A DNA stretch of 64,000 nt, from contig JAWXAQ010000012.1 in assembly GCA_034439575.1 (NCBI GenBank), forward strand, positions 96,001 to 160,000, written 5' to 3'. Source of the stretch: Leptospira sp. (GTDB taxonomy: Bacteria; Spirochaetota; Leptospiria; Leptospirales; Leptospiraceae). The notes beneath the pieces are model-generated. The model saw nothing but the letters and a program-made list of their open reading frames with translations. It made no database searches and was not told the origin of the DNA. Both the position numbers and the translations under genes were made by a program. Of this stretch, positions 52,013-61,394 are shown in pieces. Each line of letters opens with the position of its first letter. The stretch's first letter is position 1.

Positions 52013-52872
52013 TCAAATTTTGTTTTTTTACTCTATTTCTTTGTTTTCATTGTCATAAGGGAGCTAAACCAAATATAATAAATCCTATTTCTAAAAAAGT
52101 AGTCACAGAAGGGCTCGTCGGGATATTCGCGGTCCAAAACAAAGATACCTATGTTTTGCTACATGGATTTAAAGACCAGCATTCTGGTAAGTCGATTCCA
52201 CTTTTACTTGATACTGGTTCCGATCTAACTTTTTTATCAGATGAAAATATCACTAATGGTAAGCCCCTTTTATGGGAAGGAAATTCCTACTCATTTCCCA
52301 CACGAAGTGGCATTCTTCCAAATGAAATTCTAGGTGTTATTGGACTTGATTTTTTTCAGCAAACTTGCATTTGGTGGGAAGATGACACAATCGCAGTTTA
52401 CCGAGCGAGCTCAAGTGTTTGTTTGCGACCTCAAGCGTATTTCTCAACCAATTTAAAGCTTCTCTCAACTACGAAAAAAGATTCTTTCTATTATGTCCGT
52501 TTTTTTAAAGAAGAAAAAAAATACTGGGGTCTTGTGGATACAGGGGCGACAATTAGCCATTTGCCAGTAGAATTTGAAACGAATGCAGCGAGCCATGGCA
52601 AAAAAAACGTGTTTTTAGCCGGGGGCAAAATCCAAGAAGCCAATCTTTTCTTTAACGAAGCGCACCTTTATCTGGAAACTAAAGAGGGAAATTCGATTCC
52701 ATTCAAAGACTTTTATTTTCTAAATGGAATTTCACTTGAGCATTTGGATTTAACGAGAGAAAAGGATAGTGAGACGGTAGGAGTCATAGGTTTGGAATTA
52801 TTGCAAAGGTTCCCACTGTTTTGGGACTTTCAAAGAAATTCCATAGGACTTCTAAACCCTCCTATAAATTAA
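51976..52872 (+). CDS. Putative exported/lipoprotein aspartic protease with two retropepsin-like domains
   Basis: LLDTGS...GVIGLDFF and LVDTGA...GVIGLELL; hydrophobic N-terminal segment followed by Cys. Confidence 0.72.
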   Translation: MPKSELYQKTCLIKFCFFTLFLCFHCHKGAKPNIINPISKKVVTEGLVGIFAVQNKDTYVLLHGFKDQHSGKSIPLLLDTGSDLTFLSDENITNGKPLLWEGNSYSFPTRSGILPNEILGVIGLDFFQQTCIWWEDDTIAVYRASSSVCLRPQAYFSTNLKLLSTTKKDSFYYVRFFKEEKKYWGLVDTGATISHLPVEFETNAASHGKKNVFLAGGKIQEANLFFNEAHLYLETKEGNSIPFKDFYFLNGISLEHLDLTREKDSETVGVIGLELLQRFPLFWDFQRNSIGLLNPPIN

Positions 52873-52873
52873 C

Positions 52874-54010
52874 GTGAACACAAAAGAAAAAATTATCGTA
52901 GCAATGAGCGGTGGAGTTGATAGCGCAGTGGCCGCCGGTTTACTAATTGAACAAGGCTATGATGTAATCGGTGTTAATTTACGAACATGGGAGTATGAAG
53001 CGCCCGCTTGTGATACAACAAAAAAATCCTGTTGTTCCCCGGAAGATATTCGTGATGCGAGAGATGTTGGTCTTTCCTTAAAAATTCCTTTTTATGTAAT
53101 TAAGATGGAAAAGGTTTTTGGTGAAAGAGTGATCGAACGATTTATATCTGATTATAAAGACGGAAGGACTCCCAATCCTTGTGTCGAATGCAATACTTTC
53201 GTAAAGTTTGGTGCCTTATTTGAACAAGCAAAAAAGCTTGGCATATCAAAAATTGCCACTGGTCATTATGCAAGAACAATTGAGACAAATGGGCGATATG
53301 CGATCAGAAATGCAGTTGATCAAAAGAAAAATCAAGCCTATTATTTATATGGGCTCACTCAAGATAATATAAAATCCACAATATTCCCGCTAGGTGGTAT
53401 GGAAAAATCAGAAGTTAGAGATATCGCAAGACGAATGGGACTGACTGTTGCCGACAAAGCTGAGTCGCAAGAGATTTGTTTTATTCCAGAAAACGATTAT
53501 AGATCTTTTTTGAAGAAAAGTGGAGTGGAGTTTACACCTGGTTTTTTTAAATTAAAATCAGGTCAAATCATTGGCAAACATACTGGTAAAGAAGGTTTTA
53601 CAATCGGACAGAGGAAAGGATTGGGCATTGCTTGGAAAAATCCTCTCTATGTCATTGCTATCGAAGACGATGGAACTGTTATACTCGGCGAAGATGAGGA
53701 AACTTTTTGTGAGTCATTTGTATTAGAAGATATCACTTGTCAAGGGTTAGCTGATTTTCCAATCGGTGAGTCAATGGAGATGGATGTTCAGATTCGTTAC
53801 AGAAGTATTCCCGTTAGGTGTCTTGTGAAAAATCTAGGAAAGGAATGGCTGGTTACATTTATAGCGGATGTTAAAAGTGTAGCTCCCGGACAATCGGCAA
53901 CATTTTATCCGCCAGGAGGCGACTATTTGTTAGCTGGTGGAATTATCCAAAAAGGATCTATTTTGCATAAATCAAAAAGTCTAGCTGTATCTGGTAACAT
54001 GGGAATTTAA
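52874..54010 (+). CDS. mnmA: tRNA-specific 2-thiouridylase
   Basis: AMSGGVDS, GRTPNPCVECN, ATGHYA, KNQAYYL, ESQEICF, FTIGQRKG, VAPGQS. Confidence 0.97.
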   Translation: MNTKEKIIVAMSGGVDSAVAAGLLIEQGYDVIGVNLRTWEYEAPACDTTKKSCCSPEDIRDARDVGLSLKIPFYVIKMEKVFGERVIERFISDYKDGRTPNPCVECNTFVKFGALFEQAKKLGISKIATGHYARTIETNGRYAIRNAVDQKKNQAYYLYGLTQDNIKSTIFPLGGMEKSEVRDIARRMGLTVADKAESQEICFIPENDYRSFLKKSGVEFTPGFFKLKSGQIIGKHTGKEGFTIGQRKGLGIAWKNPLYVIAIEDDGTVILGEDEETFCESFVLEDITCQGLADFPIGESMEMDVQIRYRSIPVRCLVKNLGKEWLVTFIADVKSVAPGQSATFYPPGGDYLLAGGIIQKGSILHKSKSLAVSGNMGI

Positions 54011-54020
54011 GGAAACCTAT

Positions 54021-56273
54021 TTGAAATCAGTAGCAGATAAAACAATCCTCATCATTGGTGGTGGACTTTTACAAGTTCCTATCATTCAAACGGCAAAAAC
54101 CATGAAGTTAAAAACTTTGGTGGCAGATATGAATCCAAGTTCAATAGGATTTCAAATCGCTGATGAAAAAATCATCATGTCCACTAAGGATGTGGAAGGC
54201 ATGGTACGTGAAGCAAAACGTTACTGCCAATCAAATTCCATTCATGGGGTGATAACGGCAGGTACAGATGCTTCCATGACGGTTGCAGCAGTTGCTTCGG
54301 CAATTGGTTTACCTGGCATTCGTTTTGTGGATGCTGAGGCCGCATCCAATAAAGTAAAAATGCGACAAAGATTAAAAGAACATGGAATTCCTATTCCAGC
54401 ATTTGCGCCAGTTTGGTCTTTGCAAGATGCAAAGGATGCCATAAACCACCTAACTTTTCCTTTGGTGATGAAACCAGCAGATAATATGGGGGCCCGAGGG
54501 GTTATCAAAGTCAATGACAAGGATGAGATCCCACATGCTTTTCGTCATGCGAAGAAATTTTGTCCAACAGGTGAATTGATTTTAGAAGAATATATGGAAG
54601 GTCCTGAACTTTCCGTAGATGCTCTTGCCTTTCAGGGCCAAATTCGAATGACAGGAATTGCAGATCGAATCATCGAGAGAGAACCTTTTTTTATTGAAGT
54701 CGGACACAATATGCCTTCTCGTTTGCCAGAGAAAGTATTGATGGAAGTTGAAGATGTGATGGCTCGTGGGATGCGGGCGCTTGGGATACATTTGGGTGCT
54801 GGGAAAGGTGACATTAAAGTAACCAAAGACGGTGTAAAAATCGGAGAAATCGCCGCACGTCTGTCAGGTGGCTATATGTCTGCATTTACATACCCACTTT
54901 CTACAGGAGTAAATTTAAACAGAGCGGCACTTTTAATCGCACTTGGAGAAACACCAGACAATTTAGAACCCGTATTAAAGAGAGTATCCATAGAACGTTC
55001 GTTACTTGCAAGTCCTGGAAAATTGATCCAAATACATGGTGCCGAAGATGCAAAAAAAATTGATGGGGTAAACGAAGTATTTCTACAATCGAAGCCGGGT
55101 GACTTAATCAAAGAACCGACAAATAACATAGAAAAATCAGGTCATGTAATTATCACTGCGGACTCACTCGAAGAAGCAAATCTCGTTTTTGAAAAAGTAA
55201 AAAAAGTTATAAAATTTGAAGTCGATGAAATTTTTTCCATTTCAGAAAAAGAAATAAACGATGCAGCAAGGCTTAGATTTGGAAAAGAGATTTGCTGGGT
55301 TTGTAAAGTTTGTGATGGAATCAATTGTGCGTCTGGTGTCCCTGGAATGGGTGGTGTGGGACGTATGGAAACATTTCAAGACAATAACATTGCACTACAA
55401 GAATATCATATAGTTCCAAGTTATATTAGAGATCAGATAGCTCCTGTTATAGAAAGTAAATTCTTAGGGCTAACTTTAAAAACACCAATCATGTCTGCGC
55501 CTATGACTGGTGTTGGCACAAATATGAATTTTGTGATGACCGATCTTGATTATGCAGAACTCGTTACAAGAAGTTTTGTCCAAAATGGATCCATAGCTTG
55601 GTTAGGTGATGGTGCCAGTGTTGATAAGTATAAAATCATGATCCAGGCCTTAAAAAAAGTAGAGGGAAAAGGAATTTTAATTTGTAAACCTAGGGCTGAT
55701 GAGGGCCTTTTACATTCGCGTTTGCAGGAAGCTGAAAATGCAGGTATTTTTGCCGTCGGAATGGACATTGATGCTGTGAATTTTAAAACAATGGCGATCA
55801 AAAATTTAGGAAGTATTGCTCGTAACATTGAAAAATTATCAAAATTAAAAGCGACAGTTAAAATACCTTTTATATTAAAAGGTATTATGAGTTTAGATGA
55901 TGCTAAATTAGCAATGGATGCTGGGTTTGATGCGATCGTGGTATCAAATCATGGGGGACGGGTGTTAGATGGTCTACCTGGAACGGCTCGTGTATTACCA
56001 AAAATAGCAGAACTCTTAAAAGGAAAAATCCCTATACTCGTTGATGGGGGAATTCGTTCTGGCATGGATGTTTTTCGAATGATTGCCCTGGGTGCAGATC
56101 AGGTTTTACTCGGCAGACCGGTCGCTATATCTATTGTGGGTGGTGATGAAGCAGGCATACGATTTTTACTAAATCGTTATTCCGAAGAACTTCAACAAAC
56201 GATGAGTATAACGGGTGCAAAATCTCTCGTTGACATTAAATTTTCTATGCTAAGACACAAGTATTTAGGATAA
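54021..56273 (+). CDS. Fusion of an ATP-grasp ligase domain and an FMN-dependent alpha-hydroxy-acid oxidase domain
   Basis: N-terminal: NKVKMR, PLVMKPADNMGARGV, EEYMEGPELSVD, EIAARLSGG; C-terminal: CWVCKVCDGINC, APMTG, ILKGIM, VSNHGGRVLDG, DGGIRSGMDV, GRP. Confidence 0.85.
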   Translation: MKSVADKTILIIGGGLLQVPIIQTAKTMKLKTLVADMNPSSIGFQIADEKIIMSTKDVEGMVREAKRYCQSNSIHGVITAGTDASMTVAAVASAIGLPGIRFVDAEAASNKVKMRQRLKEHGIPIPAFAPVWSLQDAKDAINHLTFPLVMKPADNMGARGVIKVNDKDEIPHAFRHAKKFCPTGELILEEYMEGPELSVDALAFQGQIRMTGIADRIIEREPFFIEVGHNMPSRLPEKVLMEVEDVMARGMRALGIHLGAGKGDIKVTKDGVKIGEIAARLSGGYMSAFTYPLSTGVNLNRAALLIALGETPDNLEPVLKRVSIERSLLASPGKLIQIHGAEDAKKIDGVNEVFLQSKPGDLIKEPTNNIEKSGHVIITADSLEEANLVFEKVKKVIKFEVDEIFSISEKEINDAARLRFGKEICWVCKVCDGINCASGVPGMGGVGRMETFQDNNIALQEYHIVPSYIRDQIAPVIESKFLGLTLKTPIMSAPMTGVGTNMNFVMTDLDYAELVTRSFVQNGSIAWLGDGASVDKYKIMIQALKKVEGKGILICKPRADEGLLHSRLQEAENAGIFAVGMDIDAVNFKTMAIKNLGSIARNIEKLSKLKATVKIPFILKGIMSLDDAKLAMDAGFDAIVVSNHGGRVLDGLPGTARVLPKIAELLKGKIPILVDGGIRSGMDVFRMIALGADQVLLGRPVAISIVGGDEAGIRFLLNRYSEELQQTMSITGAKSLVDIKFSMLRHKYLG

Positions 56274-56275
56274 TC

Positions 56276-57541
56276 ATGAATAAGGAAATTTCAGATCAGG
56301 ATGGAATACTCAAAGTCATTTCCGCACTTTTCGGAAAATTGCCTGTCACGATTGTTGCAGATGGAAAAGAAATTCCAGTCAAAGTCATTGCCCTAAAAAA
56401 CAAAGCTCTTATTATTAACACCATAGCAAAATTTCCATCTAAGGCTCGCATCCTAACACTCGTTCATAATGGAAACAAATTTGTTGCACAGTTAACTCTT
56501 ATTGGTGGCGACGGAAATGGTATCGAAATTTTACAGCCTTTAAAAATAACTATTTTACCTGCGACTAGACAAGGTAACAGGGTTGAGGTGAATCAATCTT
56601 CCAATGCAAATATGACGATTACAAATTTGATAAATGTAATCGATGTTACAAAAGCGATCGGATTTGATGATAAAAAAGTTGATGCGATTTTACTTGCATA
56701 TCGGAGTAAACTATCAAAGATTTACCCAAATTCATCTATTTATTTGGCGAGCCGCCCTGATAATAGACTCAGACTTATGCAACATTATGATAAGTCCATC
56801 TACATAGTTGATAGAAAAAGTAAAGCCACGGCAAATCCCGTTTATCTTCCGTTTGATGAATATTTAAGAATTTTTGATACTTCAAAACTTTCCGATGAAT
56901 TGATCTCTGAAATAGCGATTCCTTTGCGTTACAAAGGTTATGTGAGTTTGGGTTATGTTCAAATACTTTCAAATACTCCATTGGACAATGAAGCTTTTAG
57001 TCAGGTGCAATTATTTTCGCAAGCCGTGGCTCGAGATATCATTGCAACTGGTGTATTCCAAGAATCTAAAGAAATATGCCCAGTAGTTGACTTAAGTTCT
57101 GGTGGTATTAGTTTTTTACATGCACCTACTCGTGCCTTTAGTCGCAATGTAACAATGAATGGAACTATTATTTTTGATTTAATTATGAATCAAAATAGCC
57201 GTGCCACTTTCCGTGGTATCATTAAAAACATTCGTAACCAAGAAACTAATTATAGAGTAGGTTGCCAGTTTTACAATACGAACGTACGTGATTCGGAAAT
57301 CTTGGAAGAATTTCTCGGTATTACTCATCCCACAGAAGAAACCGCTGTTCCCGAAAGTAGTGAGACGTCTAACATAGAAGAAAACACCCAAATGGAAAAT
57401 GGGGATTACCAATTCAATGAAGAGAGTGTAAATTCTGAATCTTTAGAAGAATCGAACTTAGATAATTTAGAATTGCCGATGCCAGAAGATTCATTCAATG
57501 ATATTCCGCTTTCAACGGAAGAAAATGAAAAGCAAGACTGA
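56276..57541 (+). CDS. PilZ/YcgR-like c-di-GMP receptor with GAF-like insertion (DUF1577-type) and acidic tail
   Basis: RQGNR (RxxxR) and DLSSGG (DxSxxG) separated by a long insert; C-terminal YRVGCQF. Confidence 0.65.
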   Translation: MNKEISDQDGILKVISALFGKLPVTIVADGKEIPVKVIALKNKALIINTIAKFPSKARILTLVHNGNKFVAQLTLIGGDGNGIEILQPLKITILPATRQGNRVEVNQSSNANMTITNLINVIDVTKAIGFDDKKVDAILLAYRSKLSKIYPNSSIYLASRPDNRLRLMQHYDKSIYIVDRKSKATANPVYLPFDEYLRIFDTSKLSDELISEIAIPLRYKGYVSLGYVQILSNTPLDNEAFSQVQLFSQAVARDIIATGVFQESKEICPVVDLSSGGISFLHAPTRAFSRNVTMNGTIIFDLIMNQNSRATFRGIIKNIRNQETNYRVGCQFYNTNVRDSEILEEFLGITHPTEETAVPESSETSNIEENTQMENGDYQFNEESVNSESLEESNLDNLELPMPEDSFNDIPLSTEENEKQD

Positions 57542-57543
57542 TT

Positions 57544-58494
57544 TTGAAACCTTACGCGAGTTTTGTTCCAGAAAAATTTGATTCTTTTCCAGTTCATCAA
57601 TACCTATCTACAAGATTTCCCTACCACACGATAGAAGAATGGACCGACCTTATATTGACTGGTTCAGTCAGTATAAATGGTAATCTTGCTAGAGAATTAC
57701 AAATACTTACAAAGGGGGATGAAGTCTCTTATTTACCAAAAGGGTCAACGCATAGAGAGCCTCCAATAAATGCGGATTTTTCTATATTGTATGAATCGGA
57801 TTGTTTTTTGGTCGTAAATAAACCGCCTAACATTCCTGTTCATCCAGCTGGTCGCTACCGCACACATACACTTTTAAATCTTTTAGAAAATGAAAGGGGA
57901 ATTGGTACTTGTTATCCAGTTCATAGATTAGATAGGGAAACTTCAGGCGTGATGTTATTTGCTAAAAACAAAGAATATCAATTGTTATTGCAAAGTCTTT
58001 TTGAGACGAGAGAAGTTAAAAAAGTTTATGAAGTGTTTGTCTTTGGTAAATTGAAAGATTCTGTTATTGCAGAAGGATTTATTGGTAGAGATTCAAAATC
58101 AGAAATTCGGAAAAAACAAAAATTTGCAAAAGAGTTTTTTGACCAGTCAAAAGTTTGTTTCACTGAATTTCAAAATTTAGGTTACGATACAGAAAAGGAT
58201 ACTTCTCATTTACTTGCTAAACCATCGACTGGTAGAATTCACCAAATTCGCGCTACATTATATTCATTAGGATTTCCCGTCGTCGGTGACAAACTTTACG
58301 GGAAAAGAGAATCTGCATTTTTGGATTTTGTTAAGTTAGGTGAAAGCGAAACTTTATCAATAGAACTGGGTCATAATAGGCAAGCGTTGCATGCCAAAGA
58401 GATTAGTTTTTTTGACCCAATAGCACAAAAAGAATTTTTATTTGTGGCACCATTAACAAAAGATTTATGTCACTTGAGTAAGGCAGCTGATTAA
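57544..58494 (+). CDS. RluA-family RNA pseudouridine synthase
   Basis: VNKPPNIPVHP, HRLDRETSG, TGRIHQIRA, GDKLYG, QALHA. Confidence 0.94.
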   Translation: MKPYASFVPEKFDSFPVHQYLSTRFPYHTIEEWTDLILTGSVSINGNLARELQILTKGDEVSYLPKGSTHREPPINADFSILYESDCFLVVNKPPNIPVHPAGRYRTHTLLNLLENERGIGTCYPVHRLDRETSGVMLFAKNKEYQLLLQSLFETREVKKVYEVFVFGKLKDSVIAEGFIGRDSKSEIRKKQKFAKEFFDQSKVCFTEFQNLGYDTEKDTSHLLAKPSTGRIHQIRATLYSLGFPVVGDKLYGKRESAFLDFVKLGESETLSIELGHNRQALHAKEISFFDPIAQKEFLFVAPLTKDLCHLSKAAD

Positions 58495-58584
58495 ACTATG
58501 TCGCTAAATCATTTTTAAAAAACATTCCATTTCTTTTCACAATTGTACCGATCCTTTCATTAAGAAAGGAGGCTTTTGCAACGG

Positions 58585-59739
58585 ATGGCAGAGGCAACAA
58601 AGTTACTACGCGATGAAAGTCGCTATTTATATGGAGAGTTTTGGACCGCAAAACAGCGGCAAGGTCATCCAATTCATCATACAATCAGTTATAGGGCTTC
58701 GTTTAAGCCAGAATTACCTGCTTTTTTTATAAAAGAATTATTGAAAAAAAAGAAAAGTATAGTTTATGATCCGTTTGGTGGGCGTGGTACAACGGCAGTT
58801 CAGGCAAATATAGAAGGTCATATCGCAATTCATAATGACATTCATCCATTATCAATATTTTTGGCGAGTGCTAGACAATATGTACCTTCTTTGGAAGAAC
58901 TTACTCGTAAAGTAGAGTCCCTCGATTTAAGTAAACTTTGTCCAGAGGAGCCAGAAGATGAAATGTTACTTCCATTTTATCATCCTAAAACTCTTTCTGA
59001 GATAAAAAATTTGAGGAAGATTCTCGCAGTTGATGATTCTCCATTAATGAGATTTATCGGACTTATCGCATTGTCTCGGTTACATGGACATAGCACAGGT
59101 TTTTTTTCTGTTTATACATTCCCGCAAGTTTCTATTCCATCTGATGCACAACGAAAGAATAATATAAAAAGAAACCAAATTCCGGAATATAGAGAAATTA
59201 AATCGCGAATCATTCAAAAAATGAAACGAGATCTTTCCGCACCTATGCCTCCTTTTTATCATGAATTCTCAAAGTTAAATCAGTATACACTCGCTTCGGC
59301 AAACCATGTGCCAGACATTCAATCCGGTAGTGTTGATTTAATTGTTACTTCCCCACCTTTCTTGGATAAGGTGGACTATGAAGGTGACAATTGGTTAAGA
59401 CATTGGTTTTTAAATATTCCTAAAAATAAAGAACGTAAGTTGAGTATTTTTAGCAATGTTGTGGAATGGAACCAGTTTATTAAATCTACGCTTATGGAAT
59501 CAGCTCGCATTTTGAAGAAAGGTGCGCATATGGTGATGGAAGTAGGTGAAGTGAAAAAAGGGAATCAGATCATTAATTTAGATGAAGATGTCGTCAATAT
59601 GGCAATAGGATCAGGCTTACAATGGGCAAAGACCTATATACATACACAACAATTTACTAAGTTATCCAATTGTTGGCAAGTATCGAACAATGAGAAGGGT
59701 ACCAATTCGAATCGATGTGTTGTACTTCGCAAAATTTAG
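58585..59739 (+). CDS. Orphan amino-type DNA methyltransferase (probably N4-cytosine)
   Basis: Motif [11 protein letters not shown] near the N-terminus and motif IV IVTSPPF near the C-terminus; no adjacent endonuclease. Confidence 0.85.
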   Translation: MAEATKLLRDESRYLYGEFWTAKQRQGHPIHHTISYRASFKPELPAFFIKELLKKKKSIVYDPFGGRGTTAVQANIEGHIAIHNDIHPLSIFLASARQYVPSLEELTRKVESLDLSKLCPEEPEDEMLLPFYHPKTLSEIKNLRKILAVDDSPLMRFIGLIALSRLHGHSTGFFSVYTFPQVSIPSDAQRKNNIKRNQIPEYREIKSRIIQKMKRDLSAPMPPFYHEFSKLNQYTLASANHVPDIQSGSVDLIVTSPPFLDKVDYEGDNWLRHWFLNIPKNKERKLSIFSNVVEWNQFIKSTLMESARILKKGAHMVMEVGEVKKGNQIINLDEDVVNMAIGSGLQWAKTYIHTQQFTKLSNCWQVSNNEKGTNSNRCVVLRKI

Positions 59740-59804
59740 ATTTTTTATTTTATATTTCGGAATATTTAATGGATAATTACAAATTGTAAATTAGTCTAAA
59801 CATT

Positions 59805-60218
59805 ATGAATATGAGAAGAAATACTATCGGTTTTATCCTTTTGAGCATGATGTTTTCAATTTTTTCAGCATCTGCACAAACGATAAGTAATCATCCTATC
59901 ACTATATCTCTGAAAAAGGAAATGGACGGAAAGTATAACTTACTATTAGAACTTCCACCAAATTATGGATTTCAAAGAGAAGCACCTCATAAAATTTTAT
60001 TGTCAGGAACTAATGGTGTAAAAGTGAAAAAGGCGGATTTAAAATTGAATGGACCCATACATCCAAGTAAATCCGAATATTATGAATTTGTAAAACCTAT
60101 GCCGATTGAACTTTCCGGCAAAGGTAAGTTAGATGTAAATGCTAAGATTTACTATTGCAATTTTGTAAAGAACATCTGTATTCCAGCCAAATTAAACGAA
60201 ACACTCGACATTCCTTAA
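59805..60218 (+). CDS. Exported protein resembling leptospiral MPL17 / DsbD N-terminal-like domain
   Basis: Signal peptide ending ASA; C-terminal YYCNFVKNICIP Cys pair. Confidence 0.6.
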   Translation: MNMRRNTIGFILLSMMFSIFSASAQTISNHPITISLKKEMDGKYNLLLELPPNYGFQREAPHKILLSGTNGVKVKKADLKLNGPIHPSKSEYYEFVKPMPIELSGKGKLDVNAKIYYCNFVKNICIPAKLNETLDIP

Positions 60219-60238
60219 TGTATTATTGTATCAGTGGT

Positions 60239-60703
60239 CTACTCAAGACCACTGGTAACTAATTGTTTTAAATCCTTCTTTTGAATCTGGTAAAGAAAAA
60301 AATAACGACCACCGATAGAAATATTTTTATCTAATATTTTCCCTTCTTTAGATATATCTCTAAGTTCTTTTTTACCTTTTTCAGAAAGAATTGGTGGAGC
60401 ATATGTTTTTAATAAATTTAAAGCTTTGTGTTCTGCAATCGTCTTAGCTTCTGCTAACCGGCCTTCAGCGTCAGTCAATACACTTGAAATGGCCACTTGA
60501 AAGAGGGAACTCGTGATAAATCCTTCTTTTGCTTTTGTAAACTCGATCACTTCGGGAGAATTTTCTTTGTTTTCTTCAACCGCTTCTATCGTCTCTACTG
60601 GCTTTTTGTTTTCTTGGGTAGGAGCTGTTTTGCAATTCAGAATCAAAGTGAAAATGCTTAAGCTAACGAGGATTATTGTTTTTGTATTGTTTTTCTGATT
60701 CAT
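60239..60703 (-). CDS. Putative lipoprotein
   Basis: Signal with ILNC lipobox. Confidence 0.75.
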   Translation of the reverse strand: MNQKNNTKTIILVSLSIFTLILNCKTAPTQENKKPVETIEAVEENKENSPEVIEFTKAKEGFITSSLFQVAISSVLTDAEGRLAEAKTIAEHKALNLLKTYAPPILSEKGKKELRDISKEGKILDKNISIGGRYFFLYQIQKKDLKQLVTSGLE

Positions 60704-61370
60704 TTAAAATACTCTCTTCCTTTCTATAGATGGAATCTGGGATTGACGTGCTCTCCACCTTTGCATAGAGATCTTCCTGAATAATCCTAAATAGGAAAGC
60801 ACATTTTGATTTGTTTGTATAATCTTCTTTATACAGATTTAAATCCTTAAAAAACCACGAAAAATTTTGGATGTAGGGTATTTGCTCGGTAATATTAATT
60901 TTTTCAGCAGGCTTCTGTGTAATAGGATTATTAGTTAGTTGGTTTTGATTTGTTTGGGTATTTGTGTTCGTTGTAGTTCCTGTGACTCCAGGGATTAATG
61001 CACCACCCGGAAGATTGGAATTTTGTGCATCTTTTTGCGTTTGTAAAATTCTCGCCTTTCCTTCTTTCGTTTGATTGTATCGTTCAATGCTATCACCAAA
61101 TCGGTATTTGTCTCTATGAACTTCGATTAGATATGGGAGTGCCACTTCTTCTCGTTTTAAAAGTGCCAATTTTTTACATTCAGCTCTTTTTTCTTTGCCA
61201 GAAAGTTCTTTGGATGGGTATAGAATTTCAATTTTGATCTGAAAGAATTCTCTTGAGATAAACCCTTGGTCGCTTTCATTTTGCAATGCATGTTCTACAA
61301 GGGATGGGTCAGAAGGTCGAAAAGAGGAACATGAGAAACAAAAGAGAAAAATTAGAAGTTTACGATTCAT
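60663..61370 (-). CDS. Putative lipoprotein with Thr/Asn/Gln-rich linker
   Basis: MNRKLLIFLFCFSC signal; shares a GFI..(L/F)FQ(V/I).I segment with the downstream lipoprotein. Confidence 0.7.
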   Translation of the reverse strand: MNRKLLIFLFCFSCSSFRPSDPSLVEHALQNESDQGFISREFFQIKIEILYPSKELSGKEKRAECKKLALLKREEVALPYLIEVHRDKYRFGDSIERYNQTKEGKARILQTQKDAQNSNLPGGALIPGVTGTTTNTNTQTNQNQLTNNPITQKPAEKINITEQIPYIQNFSWFFKDLNLYKEDYTNKSKCAFLFRIIQEDLYAKVESTSIPDSIYRKEESILNESEKQYKNNNPR

Positions 61371-61394
61371 TTTCCTCTCTCAGGATTGCAGAAG

